A model generated the notes under the pieces. That model was not told where the DNA came from. It saw only the letters and a program-made list of their open reading frames with translations, and did no database searches. Positions 39,893-52,708 of a DNA stretch of 64,000 bases are shown in pieces. Source of the DNA: Candidatus Heimdallarchaeota archaeon (GTDB lineage: Archaea; Asgardarchaeota; Heimdallarchaeia; JABLTI01). The stretch lies in NCBI GenBank assembly GCA_018238155.1, contig JABCTZ010000036.1, positions 397,241-461,240 of the forward strand, in the 5' to 3' direction. A program made the position numbers and the translations under genes. How positions within the stretch are numbered: the stretch's first letter is position 1; each line of letters starts with the position of its first letter.

Positions 39893-41074
39893 CTAATAAT
39901 CTGGATAGTTAATTGATTTGACTTTCTTTGGTTCTCTCTTGAGTTCTACTTCGCCTTCTACAGAAAGCTCATCAATATACTCAATGTCTCCTGAAACTTT
40001 AGCTCTTTCTTCGATGAAGATTGTTTCACCATAAACATTTCTTACTCTTGCTCGTTCCTCAATTATTATTTCTCCACCAAAGAGATCTTCAGCAGTTGCT
40101 CTTTCAGAGATAATTATTTTTTCTGCTTGTACAGGACCGTAAACGTCTCCTCTTCGACCAATTTTGAAATACCTAGCCTTAGCGAATTCTGAACTGAATG
40201 ATCCTCCAACAGATATTTCATCTGCAAATATGAAACCATCTATTTTGCTTGTACCACCAATGGAAAGTTTACCTTCCAATTTCATGTTTCCTTTTGTACT
40301 TAGAGCTCCTCCAACGGATAGACTATTTCCAATACCCGTTCCTTCTATTGAAACAGTTCCACCTACATTTATGGTTTCAAATTCAAGATTAGCTCTAGTT
40401 TTAAAGGTGCCACCAATACTTACTGTACCTACTTTTGCATCTTTTTCTAGTTTAACTGTACCACCAACATCAATGCTTTGAATTTCAATTGGTTCAGAAG
40501 CTTTGAAAGATCCTCCAATACGAACTTTACCGATTTTACCACCACTAACTTTACCCGTTCCTCCAACTCGTAAAATATCGAGCTCTGTTGTTCCTTCAAG
40601 AGTTACGCTTCCTCCAACTTTAATTGTTCCAATATTGCTGCAGCCTTCAATTTTGATAGTTCCACCTGCATTTGCTGTTTCAATTGCAGCATTACCTCCA
40701 ATAGTTATTGATCCGCCAGCTTTCACTTCTTGGCATTGAATATCACTTTTGGCGTTTAAACTACCACCAACATCTATTTCAGGAGCAGTTATATTTCCAG
40801 TTACTACTAACCGTTTATCGATAGACAAATACTTAGAAACTTTGAGATCACCTTCAACTTCTAAGGAACCTCTCTTACATCTAATGCTAACTGCTTCAAG
40901 TGAACCTTCAACAAGAAAACTTCCTTTTGAAATGATATTTCCTGTGACTACAATAGTTTTATTTTCTGCAACCAAAGTTGCACCATCACCAATTTGAAGA
41001 TTACCTTTTACAGTGTCCAATTCTACTTTTTTACCTGCATCTATTTTTTTGAATTCTTCAGTCATGTTTATCAC
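39893..41074 (-). CDS. Bactofilin-like / polymer-forming beta-helix repeat protein
   Basis: Many ~17-aa repeats of (I/V)x(V/I)GG(S/T)xx(I/L)xG, ending in the EE.A.V.G pattern. Confidence 0.7.
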   Translation of the reverse strand: MINMTEEFKKIDAGKKVELDTVKGNLQIGDGATLVAENKTIVVTGNIISKGSFLVEGSLEAVSIRCKRGSLEVEGDLKVSKYLSIDKRLVVTGNITAPEIDVGGSLNAKSDIQCQEVKAGGSITIGGNAAIETANAGGTIKIEGCSNIGTIKVGGSVTLEGTTELDILRVGGTGKVSGGKIGKVRIGGSFKASEPIEIQSIDVGGTVKLEKDAKVGTVSIGGTFKTRANLEFETINVGGTVSIEGTGIGNSLSVGGALSTKGNMKLEGKLSIGGTSKIDGFIFADEISVGGSFSSEFAKARYFKIGRRGDVYGPVQAEKIIISERATAEDLFGGEIIIEERARVRNVYGETIFIEERAKVSGDIEYIDELSVEGEVELKREPKKVKSINYPDY

Positions 41075-41106
41075 CTTGTAACTAATCTACTTTTTTCTAT
41101 CCTTTT

Positions 41107-41208
41107 TTATTTACACCCATTTGTAAGATACATTCTTTGTTGGGTTTGTTCGATTTCTTTTTTGACTTGTTTTCTGACATTCAATCTTTTATTCTTCATT
41201 TTTTTCAT
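41107..41208 (-). CDS. Possible 33-aa basic peptide (MKKMKNKRLNVRKQVKKEIEQTQQRMYLTNGCK)
   Basis: Short ORF with AGGTG upstream, co-oriented just before the beta-helix gene. Confidence 0.3.
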   Translation of the reverse strand: MKKMKNKRLNVRKQVKKEIEQTQQRMYLTNGCK

Positions 41209-41287
41209 ACACCTTGTGTGTTTGGTAATCTTACAACAGTCCTTTTTATTTAAAAGGAGAATTCACAAAAAAGAGACTCATTTCGAG

Positions 41288-41302
41288 GTCACAAGTTGTG
41301 AC
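41288..41302. promoter_or_regulatory. Palindrome GTCACAA-G-TTGTGAC
   Basis: Perfect 7-1-7 inverted repeat in intergenic DNA. Confidence 0.4.
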
Positions 41303-41346
41303 TATCGCATACTAAGTATATCCTTTTTTTACTGAAGAAAAACAAT

Positions 41347-42222
41347 CTACTTTAACGCTTCTTTTGCTAATGCAAGATACTTGGGGTCAATTTCAAAGCC
41401 AACAAAGATACAATGTAATTTTTTTGACGCAATGGCTGTTGAGCCAGAACCCATAAAGGGATCAAGAATTACAAGAGGTTTGTTTTTATCAAGCCCATGT
41501 AATTTAATGCACATTTCTGGTAATTTCACTGGAAACATTGCCGGATGGAGTTTCTTTTCTTTTACAGTTTCATATGGGATGAACCATTGATTTCCTCTGC
41601 CACGAAGGTCTTGTTGAGCGTGTTTCCAACGACCAATGTTGCTTTTATCACCGTAAGGTACACCAATGGCAAGCTTATCAAGAGCTACAGAACGGTCTTT
41701 GGTGAAATGGAAGATGTATTCATGAGAATTATTTAGAAAACGTTTGGAATTAACAGGTTTATAATGTCCAATATTCAAGTTCTTCTCAGGAATAGCAATT
41801 GATTTGACCCAATGAATAGTGTTTTGCAATTTGAAACTCTCAGCTACTTTCTTTGCAATTGTCAAAGATCGAAATTCATCAGAAGGTCTATCGCCTAAAT
41901 TGAAGAAGAAAGAACCGGTGTCTTTCAACACTCGATGGCAACTTTTTACCATTAAACCTATCCAAGAAAGATATTCCTCAAAAGGTCGATTGTCATTATA
42001 GCTATTGTATTCTATACCAATATTGTAAGGAGGGGACGTGACAATAACATCAATAGAATGTTCAGGTAGTAGTGTATCCATACCTTCTATACAATCAATG
42101 CCAAAAATGCTGTTATGCCAGTCAGATTTCATAGTAGTCAAATCTATATATCCGCGCTTTTTATTCTTTGTTAAAAAAAGACTTGAAAAAGATTGGGATA
42201 ACTGTTTTACCCACCTCTCCAA
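41347..42222 (-). CDS. Orphan beta-class N4C/N6A DNA methyltransferase
   Basis: VTSPPYN precedes HPAMFP and LDPFMGSGST; the true start is probably downstream (near MKSDW). Confidence 0.92.
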   Translation of the reverse strand: MERWVKQLSQSFSSLFLTKNKKRGYIDLTTMKSDWHNSIFGIDCIEGMDTLLPEHSIDVIVTSPPYNIGIEYNSYNDNRPFEEYLSWIGLMVKSCHRVLKDTGSFFFNLGDRPSDEFRSLTIAKKVAESFKLQNTIHWVKSIAIPEKNLNIGHYKPVNSKRFLNNSHEYIFHFTKDRSVALDKLAIGVPYGDKSNIGRWKHAQQDLRGRGNQWFIPYETVKEKKLHPAMFPVKLPEMCIKLHGLDKNKPLVILDPFMGSGSTAIASKKLHCIFVGFEIDPKYLALAKEALK

Positions 42223-42602
42223 TGAAAAACTGCTGCTGCTGCTTTATTACCTTGTGAAACCTCTGCAAGTTTTGCTGTTTTTGCTAATCGTTTTCTTTTG
42301 GCTAAAAGAATTTTAACTATTAATCTAAATTCACTTTTGGTTGTATTAAGAAGAACCTTCTCGCCCTCAATTCGAAGGATTTTTTTTGTTTCTATTGCTA
42401 TTTTAATATTTTTCTTCCAAGAAACAGTTTTTACAAGAACTATTAAGTGAGGTTTATCTTGTATCAAGACTTTCTCTTCTGCTCCACGAAGATCAACAAT
42501 TTCACCCAATTTCTTTCCTTGTTTATCACAAGCAGTTTTATTTATAATATTAATATCTAACATGTACTTCCTCCATAGAAAGATATACTTTACCGTATTC
42601 AT
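42207..42602 (-). CDS. PRC-barrel-like protein
   Basis: NK.A.DKQGKKLGEIVD pattern; likely start MLDIN after GGAGG. Confidence 0.65.
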   Translation of the reverse strand: MNTVKYIFLWRKYMLDINIINKTACDKQGKKLGEIVDLRGAEEKVLIQDKPHLIVLVKTVSWKKNIKIAIETKKILRIEGEKVLLNTTKSEFRLIVKILLAKRKRLAKTAKLAEVSQGNKAAAAVFHWRGG

Positions 42603-42638
42603 AAGGTTTATTTCTAAAGATTTAAATCTAAAAGATAT

Positions 42639-42685
42639 AACTATACTTCATGCGTGTGGGACAACGAGGAGAATAAAGTATAGTT
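42639..42685. other. Hairpin AACTATACTT...AGGAGA-N3-AAGTATAGTT
   Basis: Perfect 10-bp arms around a 27-nt loop containing AGGAGA. Confidence 0.45.
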
Positions 42686-42716
42686 GATGTTAATATTCCG
42701 TCGAGGAAAAAAATAA

Positions 42717-43241
42717 ATGAAAGAGCTTTACCTCCATTGTGACTCCCCTTGTGTGACTTGCCCTACATATGGTAGAATGTTGAAAATAACCACTTTCCAG
42801 CAAAGAAAATTACCAGGAGTTTATTTCTGTAAGCATTGCAACGTTTATTCTTTATGCAAAATGGGTATTGCTCATAGAAGGAACAATGGTAAATTAAGAC
42901 CTCTTTGTATAAAATGCAACCGGTTTTTAAATAAAGTAACTTTGAGTTATGAAGAAGGTCAAAATGAAAAAAAATTCTCTGAAAAAAGCTTCATAGTAAT
43001 AAGAAAACCAATAGGTTCAAAATTTAAAATCTTAAAGACCCTTAAAGCGAACTATTTTGTTGACTTGGCAGATATTTTACTATTTATATTAACTGAAATT
43101 GGTTCTGGATATTATAATTTAGTAGAATACAATCCAATTACTAATAGCTACAAAATAATCTATACTGGATTTCTTGATCCAAATAGAGTTACAATAAAAA
43201 AAGTAAATACAGGTCAAAATAATTTCATTACTTCAATTTAG
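42717..43241 (+). CDS. Cys-rich hypothetical protein (putative zinc-binding)
   Basis: CxxC motifs CVTC, CKHC and CIKC. Confidence 0.55.
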   Translation: MKELYLHCDSPCVTCPTYGRMLKITTFQQRKLPGVYFCKHCNVYSLCKMGIAHRRNNGKLRPLCIKCNRFLNKVTLSYEEGQNEKKFSEKSFIVIRKPIGSKFKILKTLKANYFVDLADILLFILTEIGSGYYNLVEYNPITNSYKIIYTGFLDPNRVTIKKVNTGQNNFITSI

Positions 43242-43334
43242 AACCAAGAAATAAAAAAGCAATCTGTTTGATTGTTCTATGAGATTGAATGATTGTAGCA
43301 CTCAAATTTCTCATAGATATCTAATGTTTTACCT

Positions 43335-43745
43335 TTACAATTCTTCTCCACAACTAGCACAGAATTGACTGGGTTTTTCAATAGCTCCTCCACAGTTATT
43401 GCAGAATTTACTTATTGTTGGTGTATATTCTTCTGTTGATAATTTTGAACTATATTGTTCTTGAGATGAATTATTGAATTGATGATGTTTTTCTGCATCT
43501 AAAGAATGTTCACTACCCGAATTCTGTTCAGACAAATTATCTGAACCTGATGTGTAGTACTTTAAAGTAGCGGAAATTGCTCCAATAAGAGAAAAGCCGA
43601 GAATTAACCAAACCCACCAAGCATTATGCCACCAATTTGCTATTAAATCTCCTACAATATAGAAGATAAATAAAACAAAAGCAAATGATGTCCAAGCGCT
43701 GATTACCTGATTAAACTGTTTTTTTGGACGTACTGAATGTTTCAC
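43335..43745 (-). CDS. Two-TM protein with C-terminal double zinc ribbon
   Basis: Two TM segments, a polar linker and FCNNCG...FCASCG. Confidence 0.8.
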   Translation of the reverse strand: MKHSVRPKKQFNQVISAWTSFAFVLFIFYIVGDLIANWWHNAWWVWLILGFSLIGAISATLKYYTSGSDNLSEQNSGSEHSLDAEKHHQFNNSSQEQYSSKLSTEEYTPTISKFCNNCGGAIEKPSQFCASCGEEL

Positions 43746-43797
43746 TATATTTCACCGAATCTATGTTGCAATGGTTCAAATAATTATTTAAACACTA

Positions 43798-45621
43798 CTA
43801 ATTACTCGAGAGTAATCGCTCACCTGTTTGCACTGCCCAGAGAGATGCGTACTGACCATTTTGTTCTAGAAGCTCAATATGAGTTCCATTTTCGATAATC
43901 TTTCCATTACTTAAAACAAAGATTTGATTAGCATTTCGAATGGTTGATAATCGATGAGCAATAATTATAGTAGTCCGATTTATGATAATCTTTTCAAGAG
44001 AACGCTGAATAGCAGCTTCTGTTTCGTTATCGACATCTGAGGTTGCTTCATCTAACACTAGAATTGGTGGATTTTTTAGTACTGCTCGAGCTATGGAAAT
44101 TCTCTGTCTTTGTCCTCCACTCAACTTCTGTCCTCGTTCTCCAACCATCGTATCATATTGTTGTGGTAAATTCATGATAAACTTATGAGCCTCAGCGATT
44201 TTTGCTGCAGCCACCAAATCATCATAGTCTATTTCCGGGTTACCATAGGCAATGTTTTCTTTTACTGAACCATCTATTAGAAAAGTATCTTGACTAACCA
44301 AACCAATTCCTTTCCTTAAATCCTGTAGATTTAGATCTTTAATTTCATTTCCATCAAGAGTTATGCAACCACTCTGGACATCATAAAATCTAAGAAGCAA
44401 TTTTATTATTGTTGATTTTCCAGAACCTGTGGCGCCTACGAAAGCAATGGTTTGTCCTTCTTGAATATTAACATTGAATTTTGTAAGAATGGATGGTCTT
44501 CCTTCATATGCAAATCCAACATTGTTGAATACAACATCTCCTCGGATCTGTTCTTTTGGTAAGGATAATTCTCCAGAAATAATTTGTTTAGGAGTATTGA
44601 CAAGATCCAATGATCGATTAGTGGATGCCATTGCTCTTTGGTATTGATCAAAAGTTTCACCCAAACGTGTTAGAGGCCAAAGCAATCTTTGAGTATAAAA
44701 TATCATAATACTGTACCAACCAATTTGTAACCCTCCATTTAATGCATCAATTCCAGCAAAAATAAGCATCAAAACAAAACCGACAACAATTATCATCCGA
44801 ACTAATGGAGTGAATGCAGAACTAAGCAGAATTGCTTTTCGGTTGCTTTGTTGATATTCATTGGATAGCTGTTCAATACGATTACTTTCAAATTTCTCTG
44901 CTGTATAACTTTTAATGGTGGAAATTCCTGAAAGGTTATTTGAAAGTTGACCATTAAGAACACCAACTTTTGACCGAACAGTAGCATATTTTGGTGCGAG
45001 AAGTTTTTGGAATCCAAAAGAGAATAATAAAATAAATGGCATAGGTAGCATTGCCATCCAAGCAGTTGTTGGGGATAAAATGAAGAAGACAATTCCAATA
45101 GTAATAACTGTTGTAATTACCTGTATGATGCTATTTGCTCCATTATCTAAAAATCGTTCAAGCTGATTAATGTCATCATTAAGAATTGCCATTAACCCAC
45201 CTGTTTGTCTATCCTCAAAATATTTTAGCTCTAATTCTTGCAAATGAGTATACGTGTTCATTCTCAATTTGTGTTGTATAGCTTGAGCTAAATTTCGCCA
45301 AACAATTTGCTGTAAATAACCAAAAACCGATTCCATTATCCAAATTAGCAATGTAGCTACACCAAGAATGATAAGTTGTGATTTGGGGTTCTCATATCCC
45401 CAACTAGCAAATAACGAATTTTCTTTGTAAACGACTATGTCAACCGCTAATCCAATTAAGAAAGGAGGGGCAAGATCAAATAATTTGCCAAATATTGAGA
45501 AAATTATTGCAAAAGAAATTCTTCCTTTAAATTCAGAAGAATATTGAAGTAATCTTAAAAGTGGTTTTTTTTGTTTGGCTGTTTCTGGCATTTTTGTTAT
45601 TCCTTTAAATTTGTTTAACAT
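43798..45621 (-). CDS. ABC exporter, fused permease/ATPase
   Basis: GATGSGKST, LSGGQRQR, LVLDEATS, IAHRLST; N-terminal TM domain. Confidence 0.97.
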   Translation of the reverse strand: MLNKFKGITKMPETAKQKKPLLRLLQYSSEFKGRISFAIIFSIFGKLFDLAPPFLIGLAVDIVVYKENSLFASWGYENPKSQLIILGVATLLIWIMESVFGYLQQIVWRNLAQAIQHKLRMNTYTHLQELELKYFEDRQTGGLMAILNDDINQLERFLDNGANSIIQVITTVITIGIVFFILSPTTAWMAMLPMPFILLFSFGFQKLLAPKYATVRSKVGVLNGQLSNNLSGISTIKSYTAEKFESNRIEQLSNEYQQSNRKAILLSSAFTPLVRMIIVVGFVLMLIFAGIDALNGGLQIGWYSIMIFYTQRLLWPLTRLGETFDQYQRAMASTNRSLDLVNTPKQIISGELSLPKEQIRGDVVFNNVGFAYEGRPSILTKFNVNIQEGQTIAFVGATGSGKSTIIKLLLRFYDVQSGCITLDGNEIKDLNLQDLRKGIGLVSQDTFLIDGSVKENIAYGNPEIDYDDLVAAAKIAEAHKFIMNLPQQYDTMVGERGQKLSGGQRQRISIARAVLKNPPILVLDEATSDVDNETEAAIQRSLEKIIINRTTIIIAHRLSTIRNANQIFVLSNGKIIENGTHIELLEQNGQYASLWAVQTGERLLSSN

Positions 45622-45719
45622 TAAGAAAAAATAGCTTTTTAATAACCTTACTATTTAGCTTGTACTTTTGAATGAGGAATAAAACAAAAGAAAAAAATGG
45701 TTCTAGTGGATTTTTTCTA

Positions 45720-46124
45720 TCAAAATTTCTCCCAGACTGTATGAACCATCTTACCTGTTTCTGCAATAACCGGTTTCATATCTTCTTCAGATGCTAATCC
45801 AATTTCTACTGCTGCTTTCATTATTGAAACATGAGAGACGAATATTTTGTCATCTTCTTCGTAAACAACAAAACTACACGGAAATAAGAGACCAACATTG
45901 AATGATACATCTAATGCCATCTTCGCAAGTTTAGGACCGCAAGCCATAATTGTTGTATATCTTGGAGGACCTATAATTCCAAGTTTCTTTTTTAACATCT
46001 CATCTATTGCTTTTACCATTAAAACTGAAAATCCTCCGTCTGTAATGGTTTTCTGAACATGTTCAACTGCTGCATCAAATTCCAATGATATTTCTTTCTT
46101 TAATACATCAACCAAAATAATCAC
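45720..46124 (-). CDS. DUF302-family protein
   Basis: TIMACGPKLA...VGLLFPCSFVVYE. Confidence 0.85.
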   Translation of the reverse strand: MIILVDVLKKEISLEFDAAVEHVQKTITDGGFSVLMVKAIDEMLKKKLGIIGPPRYTTIMACGPKLAKMALDVSFNVGLLFPCSFVVYEEDDKIFVSHVSIMKAAVEIGLASEEDMKPVIAETGKMVHTVWEKF

Positions 46125-46235
46125 CTATACTTTAATGTAAATCAATCTTCCTAAAAAGTAGCGTGATTGAAAAAATAATAAAAATGACATTAAAATTGAT
46201 ATATACACAAGTTAGTTAGAACGAGAGGTCTTAAA

Positions 46236-46781
46236 TTGTACGAAGGTAAAAAAGTAAAGTTACGTTCTTTTGAATTGTCTGATATAGATTGTATAATGAA
46301 GAATTGGAATAAAATCCATTTGAGAAAGGAATTAGGACCTGTAGTACCGCATTCTCGATCAGAACGTGAAGCTTGGATAAGGAAAACTTGGGAGTATAGA
46401 CAGAAAGGTCAAGCATTCATTTTTGCTATTGAAGATATAGCTAGTGGTGATTTTTTAGGCCATGCAAGCTTAAACAGTGTAACGAAAATAAACCGAACAG
46501 CAAAAGTTAGCATTGCAATTTATGACGATAAAAGTAGAGGGAAAGGTTTTGGTACAGATGCTTTGAGCGTTTTATTAAGAATAGGTTTCGATTATTTGAA
46601 TTTACATCGTATAGGCTTAAATGTTTTTAATACAAATCCGAGAGCTCATAAAGTCTATGAGAAAGTTGGTTTCAAAAAAGTTGGTGAATTACGGCACACT
46701 GATTTTGTAGAAGGTAAATATGTAAATGATATAGTGATGGATATTCTCGAAGATGAATGGAGGGCTTTAAAGAAAAATTAG
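46236..46781 (+). CDS. RimJ/RimL-type GNAT acetyltransferase
   Basis: RGKGFGTDA, LNLHRI.L.V...N.RA..VYEKVGF. Confidence 0.92.
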   Translation: MYEGKKVKLRSFELSDIDCIMKNWNKIHLRKELGPVVPHSRSEREAWIRKTWEYRQKGQAFIFAIEDIASGDFLGHASLNSVTKINRTAKVSIAIYDDKSRGKGFGTDALSVLLRIGFDYLNLHRIGLNVFNTNPRAHKVYEKVGFKKVGELRHTDFVEGKYVNDIVMDILEDEWRALKKN

Positions 46782-46818
46782 ACTAGCTCACATGAAAACA
46801 ATGTCACACAAAGTACAA

Positions 46819-47004
46819 TCAACTGAATTTCCTGCCAATTATATTCATATGTTTGTTGAGTTTATCATGTAACCTATTTACTTGTTGAATAACCGCTTCA
46901 ATTTCGAAGCGTTCCAACCCATCCAAAGTTGATTCATTCAAAAACTCTTGGTATTTGTCAACCAATCTTTGAAATGCTTGTTCAAGATCTCTATTTTTAG
47001 TCAT
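46819..47004 (-). CDS. Small helical hypothetical protein
   Basis: 61-aa ORF with GGTGA RBS. Confidence 0.55.
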   Translation of the reverse strand: MTKNRDLEQAFQRLVDKYQEFLNESTLDGLERFEIEAVIQQVNRLHDKLNKHMNIIGRKFS

Positions 47005-47111
47005 TTATATTTCACCAAAAAAGCTCTAATCATCTATTCTTCAAAATAACTTTTAAATTTATTTAACGCTAAGTAGAAATTTGTATTCTGATAAAATAAT
47101 AAGGGTGGGAT

Positions 47112-47188
47112 GAGATGGACTGAAAAAAATTAAGGAGATGATTCAGTCCACCTCGAATCTTTAGCCGGAGAATGAATTTTTGCTAAAG
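47112..47188. ncRNA. Two adjacent hairpins with GGAGA-containing loops (candidate ncRNA)
   Basis: TGGACTGAA/TTCAGTCCA (47116-47150) with AGGAGA in the loop; CTTTAGC/GCTAAAG (47159-47188) with CGGAGA in the loop. Confidence 0.4.
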
Positions 47189-47496
47189 CGTAATTTTATG
47201 TTTTCTCTCCAGGCGAAATGTCGTCAGATGCAGTTTCTGTCGTTTAAGAGCATCAATGTAAATATTGTATCTAAATCCGGTCAAATTTTGGCTATGAAAT
47301 TATGTACATTTGCATTAATTCATATTATTAGTTTCTCATGAAGTTATTAAAGCGTTGTAGAAATAATGTTCGGTATATATAGTCAAATTGTCAGTATATC
47401 TAGAAGATTCATTCAGATGATTTCGTATAAATAAATACTCGTTCTAGCACTTTTTTCATACTATTTTCTTTCAACTCCTTAAAAGAAATAGTTGAT

Positions 47497-48090
47497 TTAT
47501 ATTTTAATTAATTGAATTATTCTATCGAAATACTTATTGAAAACCTCTGTCGCCAGAGGCAAGTCTATTATATTGGCATAGCTGTTTAGTATTCCCAAGT
47601 TAATTAAAATTGAGAAGTCACAATCACTCTTTTGTGATAATTTATCTAATTTATGTTTGATTTCTTTTTTGTTCAGTTTATCTTTTACTTTTCTTTCAAT
47701 CATATAAACAAGATTCTGTGTTGATTTTGTGTGTATCTCTTTAATGATTTCACTCAAACATAATAGAAATCTAAATGATTTGTTGGAAAGCTGATCTTCT
47801 TGCAAGGGCTCAATTTTTTTCTTATAGTTGTTAATTACTTTTCCTCTATCAAAAGGTATTTTTTCTGCTATGGAAAAAATATATTCTATTTCTTTTTCAG
47901 CGTCCCAAAGATCTATTTCAGAAAGAATTCTTTCATGCATTTTTCTAATAATCACGCCACTACCTTCGACAGTAATATTCCTAGTATTTCGTCTATCTCG
48001 TATTTTATTTGGTTCCAAAAATAATTGCTGATATAGAAGAGACGTTGTAACATTTTCATAATCGTGAATTTTTAATTCCTCCAACAACAA
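47497..48090 (-). CDS. Hypothetical protein
   Basis: 197-aa ORF with no recognised motif. Confidence 0.55.
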   Translation of the reverse strand: MLLEELKIHDYENVTTSLLYQQLFLEPNKIRDRRNTRNITVEGSGVIIRKMHERILSEIDLWDAEKEIEYIFSIAEKIPFDRGKVINNYKKKIEPLQEDQLSNKSFRFLLCLSEIIKEIHTKSTQNLVYMIERKVKDKLNKKEIKHKLDKLSQKSDCDFSILINLGILNSYANIIDLPLATEVFNKYFDRIIQLIKI

Positions 48091-48167
48091 TATACCATCA
48101 AGATTTCAATGGGAATAAAGTACATTGCCCTTTATTCTTTTTACTCTTTGGGAATAAATCATTCCGT

Positions 48168-48551
48168 TTATTGATGACAAGTACCAATGGTCCAATCTAC
48201 GAGGTATTTGATAGCTTTTGACAAACTTTCACCCTTTTCTGTTAATGAATATTCAACCTTTGGTGGTGATTCTGGGAAAACATTACGAATAATGATCTTC
48301 TCTTTTGTGAGATCTGCTAATCTAGCTGAAAGAGTTGCATCGCTAATTTTTTCTTTTTTCCATCCTCTCTGCAACCTTTCCTTAATTTCTTTATACCTGT
48401 ATACCTTTCCTTCATGTAATATGTGAATTAATTGAATGCTCCATTTTTTACTTATAAGATTGAGTATTCGTTGAGCGGGAATTAAACACGGATAACCATT
48501 TTCTTCTTTGGAGCAATCACCATTTTCAGTTTCATTTAATTTTTTAATCAT
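48168..48551 (-). CDS. HxlR-family winged-HTH regulator
   Basis: LISKKWSIQLI, ISDATLSARL..L, PPKVEYSLTEKG. Confidence 0.93.
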   Translation of the reverse strand: MIKKLNETENGDCSKEENGYPCLIPAQRILNLISKKWSIQLIHILHEGKVYRYKEIKERLQRGWKKEKISDATLSARLADLTKEKIIIRNVFPESPPKVEYSLTEKGESLSKAIKYLVDWTIGTCHQ

Positions 48552-48606
48552 GTTACTTCACTTGCTTTGAGTTACTAAATAATTTTTAAGTGACACTTTA
48601 TATATA

Positions 48607-48650
48607 ATTACTTTGATAACTAAAGTAATAATACTTTAAAAACTAAAGTA
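48607..48650. promoter_or_regulatory. Tandem operator TACTTT-N7-AAAGTA (two copies)
   Basis: Copies at 48609-48627 and 48632-48650, directly after a TTTATATA box (~48597) and between hxlR and the divergent small ORF. Confidence 0.65.
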
Positions 48651-48660
48651 GAGTGATATT

Positions 48661-48819
48661 ATGGCATGTGGATGTAAAGACAGAAAACAAACGAAATGTG
48701 GTAGCGAAAACACTGATAAAAGTGTAGAAGAACAATTAAAACATTTAAAAGATTGCAAAGCGAGCTTCTCTCTGAAAGTCAAAGAAATTGATGAAGCAAT
48801 TGCAAAAATAAACAATTAA
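48661..48819 (+). CDS. 52-aa Cys-containing coiled-coil protein (not in the ORF track)
   Basis: MACGCKDRKQTKCGSENTDKSVEEQLKHLKDCKASFSLKVKEIDEAIAKINN; GAGTGA RBS; divergent from hxlR. Confidence 0.7.
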   Translation: MACGCKDRKQTKCGSENTDKSVEEQLKHLKDCKASFSLKVKEIDEAIAKINN

Positions 48820-48859
48820 TAGCAATTAACTTCGAGGAGATATTTAAAATATCGATGAT

Positions 48860-52117
<3,258 letters not shown>

Positions 52118-52210
52118 TCAAAAACGAAATTGGATTCTAAACATTTTTATCGCTAAACGACTTATATTAATTTGATTTGACAATCAAAACAAAATTAGGT
52201 GTAAATAAAA

Positions 52211-52651
52211 ATGCCCCGAAGAGGTTTCAGACCCAGAATAAGAGGACCCAGAATGCCTGGCAAAGTTATTAGACGCGCAGTTAGACATGGCATGAGACGG
52301 CAAAGAAGATATCATCGAAGAAGAACAAGACGATGGTTGGTTGGTAGTGCAGTACTTTTAGCACTATCTGGTACTCATAATGCTTACAAAATACAAAATA
52401 GAGATGTTGAAAGATTAGAGAATCATTATGACCGCCCCGCTGAAGATCTTTCAGAAAAAGAAATTGTTTCAGGTATGCAAACATTAGACATAGAAAAGAT
52501 TGAACTTGATGATGAAGATCGAAGCAAAGTTTACAAAGCAGATTCAGAAGATGAAGATTTCAATAGTTCAGGAATACGGTATTGTATACATTGTGGTGAA
52601 TTATTAAAATCAAATGGTAATTTCTGCCCCAGCTGCGGTTCGGGGATTTGA
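52211..52651 (+). CDS. Arg-rich protein with C-terminal double zinc ribbon
   Basis: Poly-Arg N-terminus, short hydrophobic stretch, acidic middle, YCIHCG...FCPSCG. Confidence 0.7.
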   Translation: MPRRGFRPRIRGPRMPGKVIRRAVRHGMRRQRRYHRRRTRRWLVGSAVLLALSGTHNAYKIQNRDVERLENHYDRPAEDLSEKEIVSGMQTLDIEKIELDDEDRSKVYKADSEDEDFNSSGIRYCIHCGELLKSNGNFCPSCGSGI

Positions 52652-52708
52652 TTTTACTTTTTTTTGTTATTTTCTCTTTAAATCCATAAGTATGCTTTTG
52701 GTTAAAGT

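Noticed and set aside
47184-47285. 33-aa minus-strand TTG ORF (MTGFRYNIYIDALKRQK...)
   Set aside because: No RBS or recognisable motif, and too short to support.
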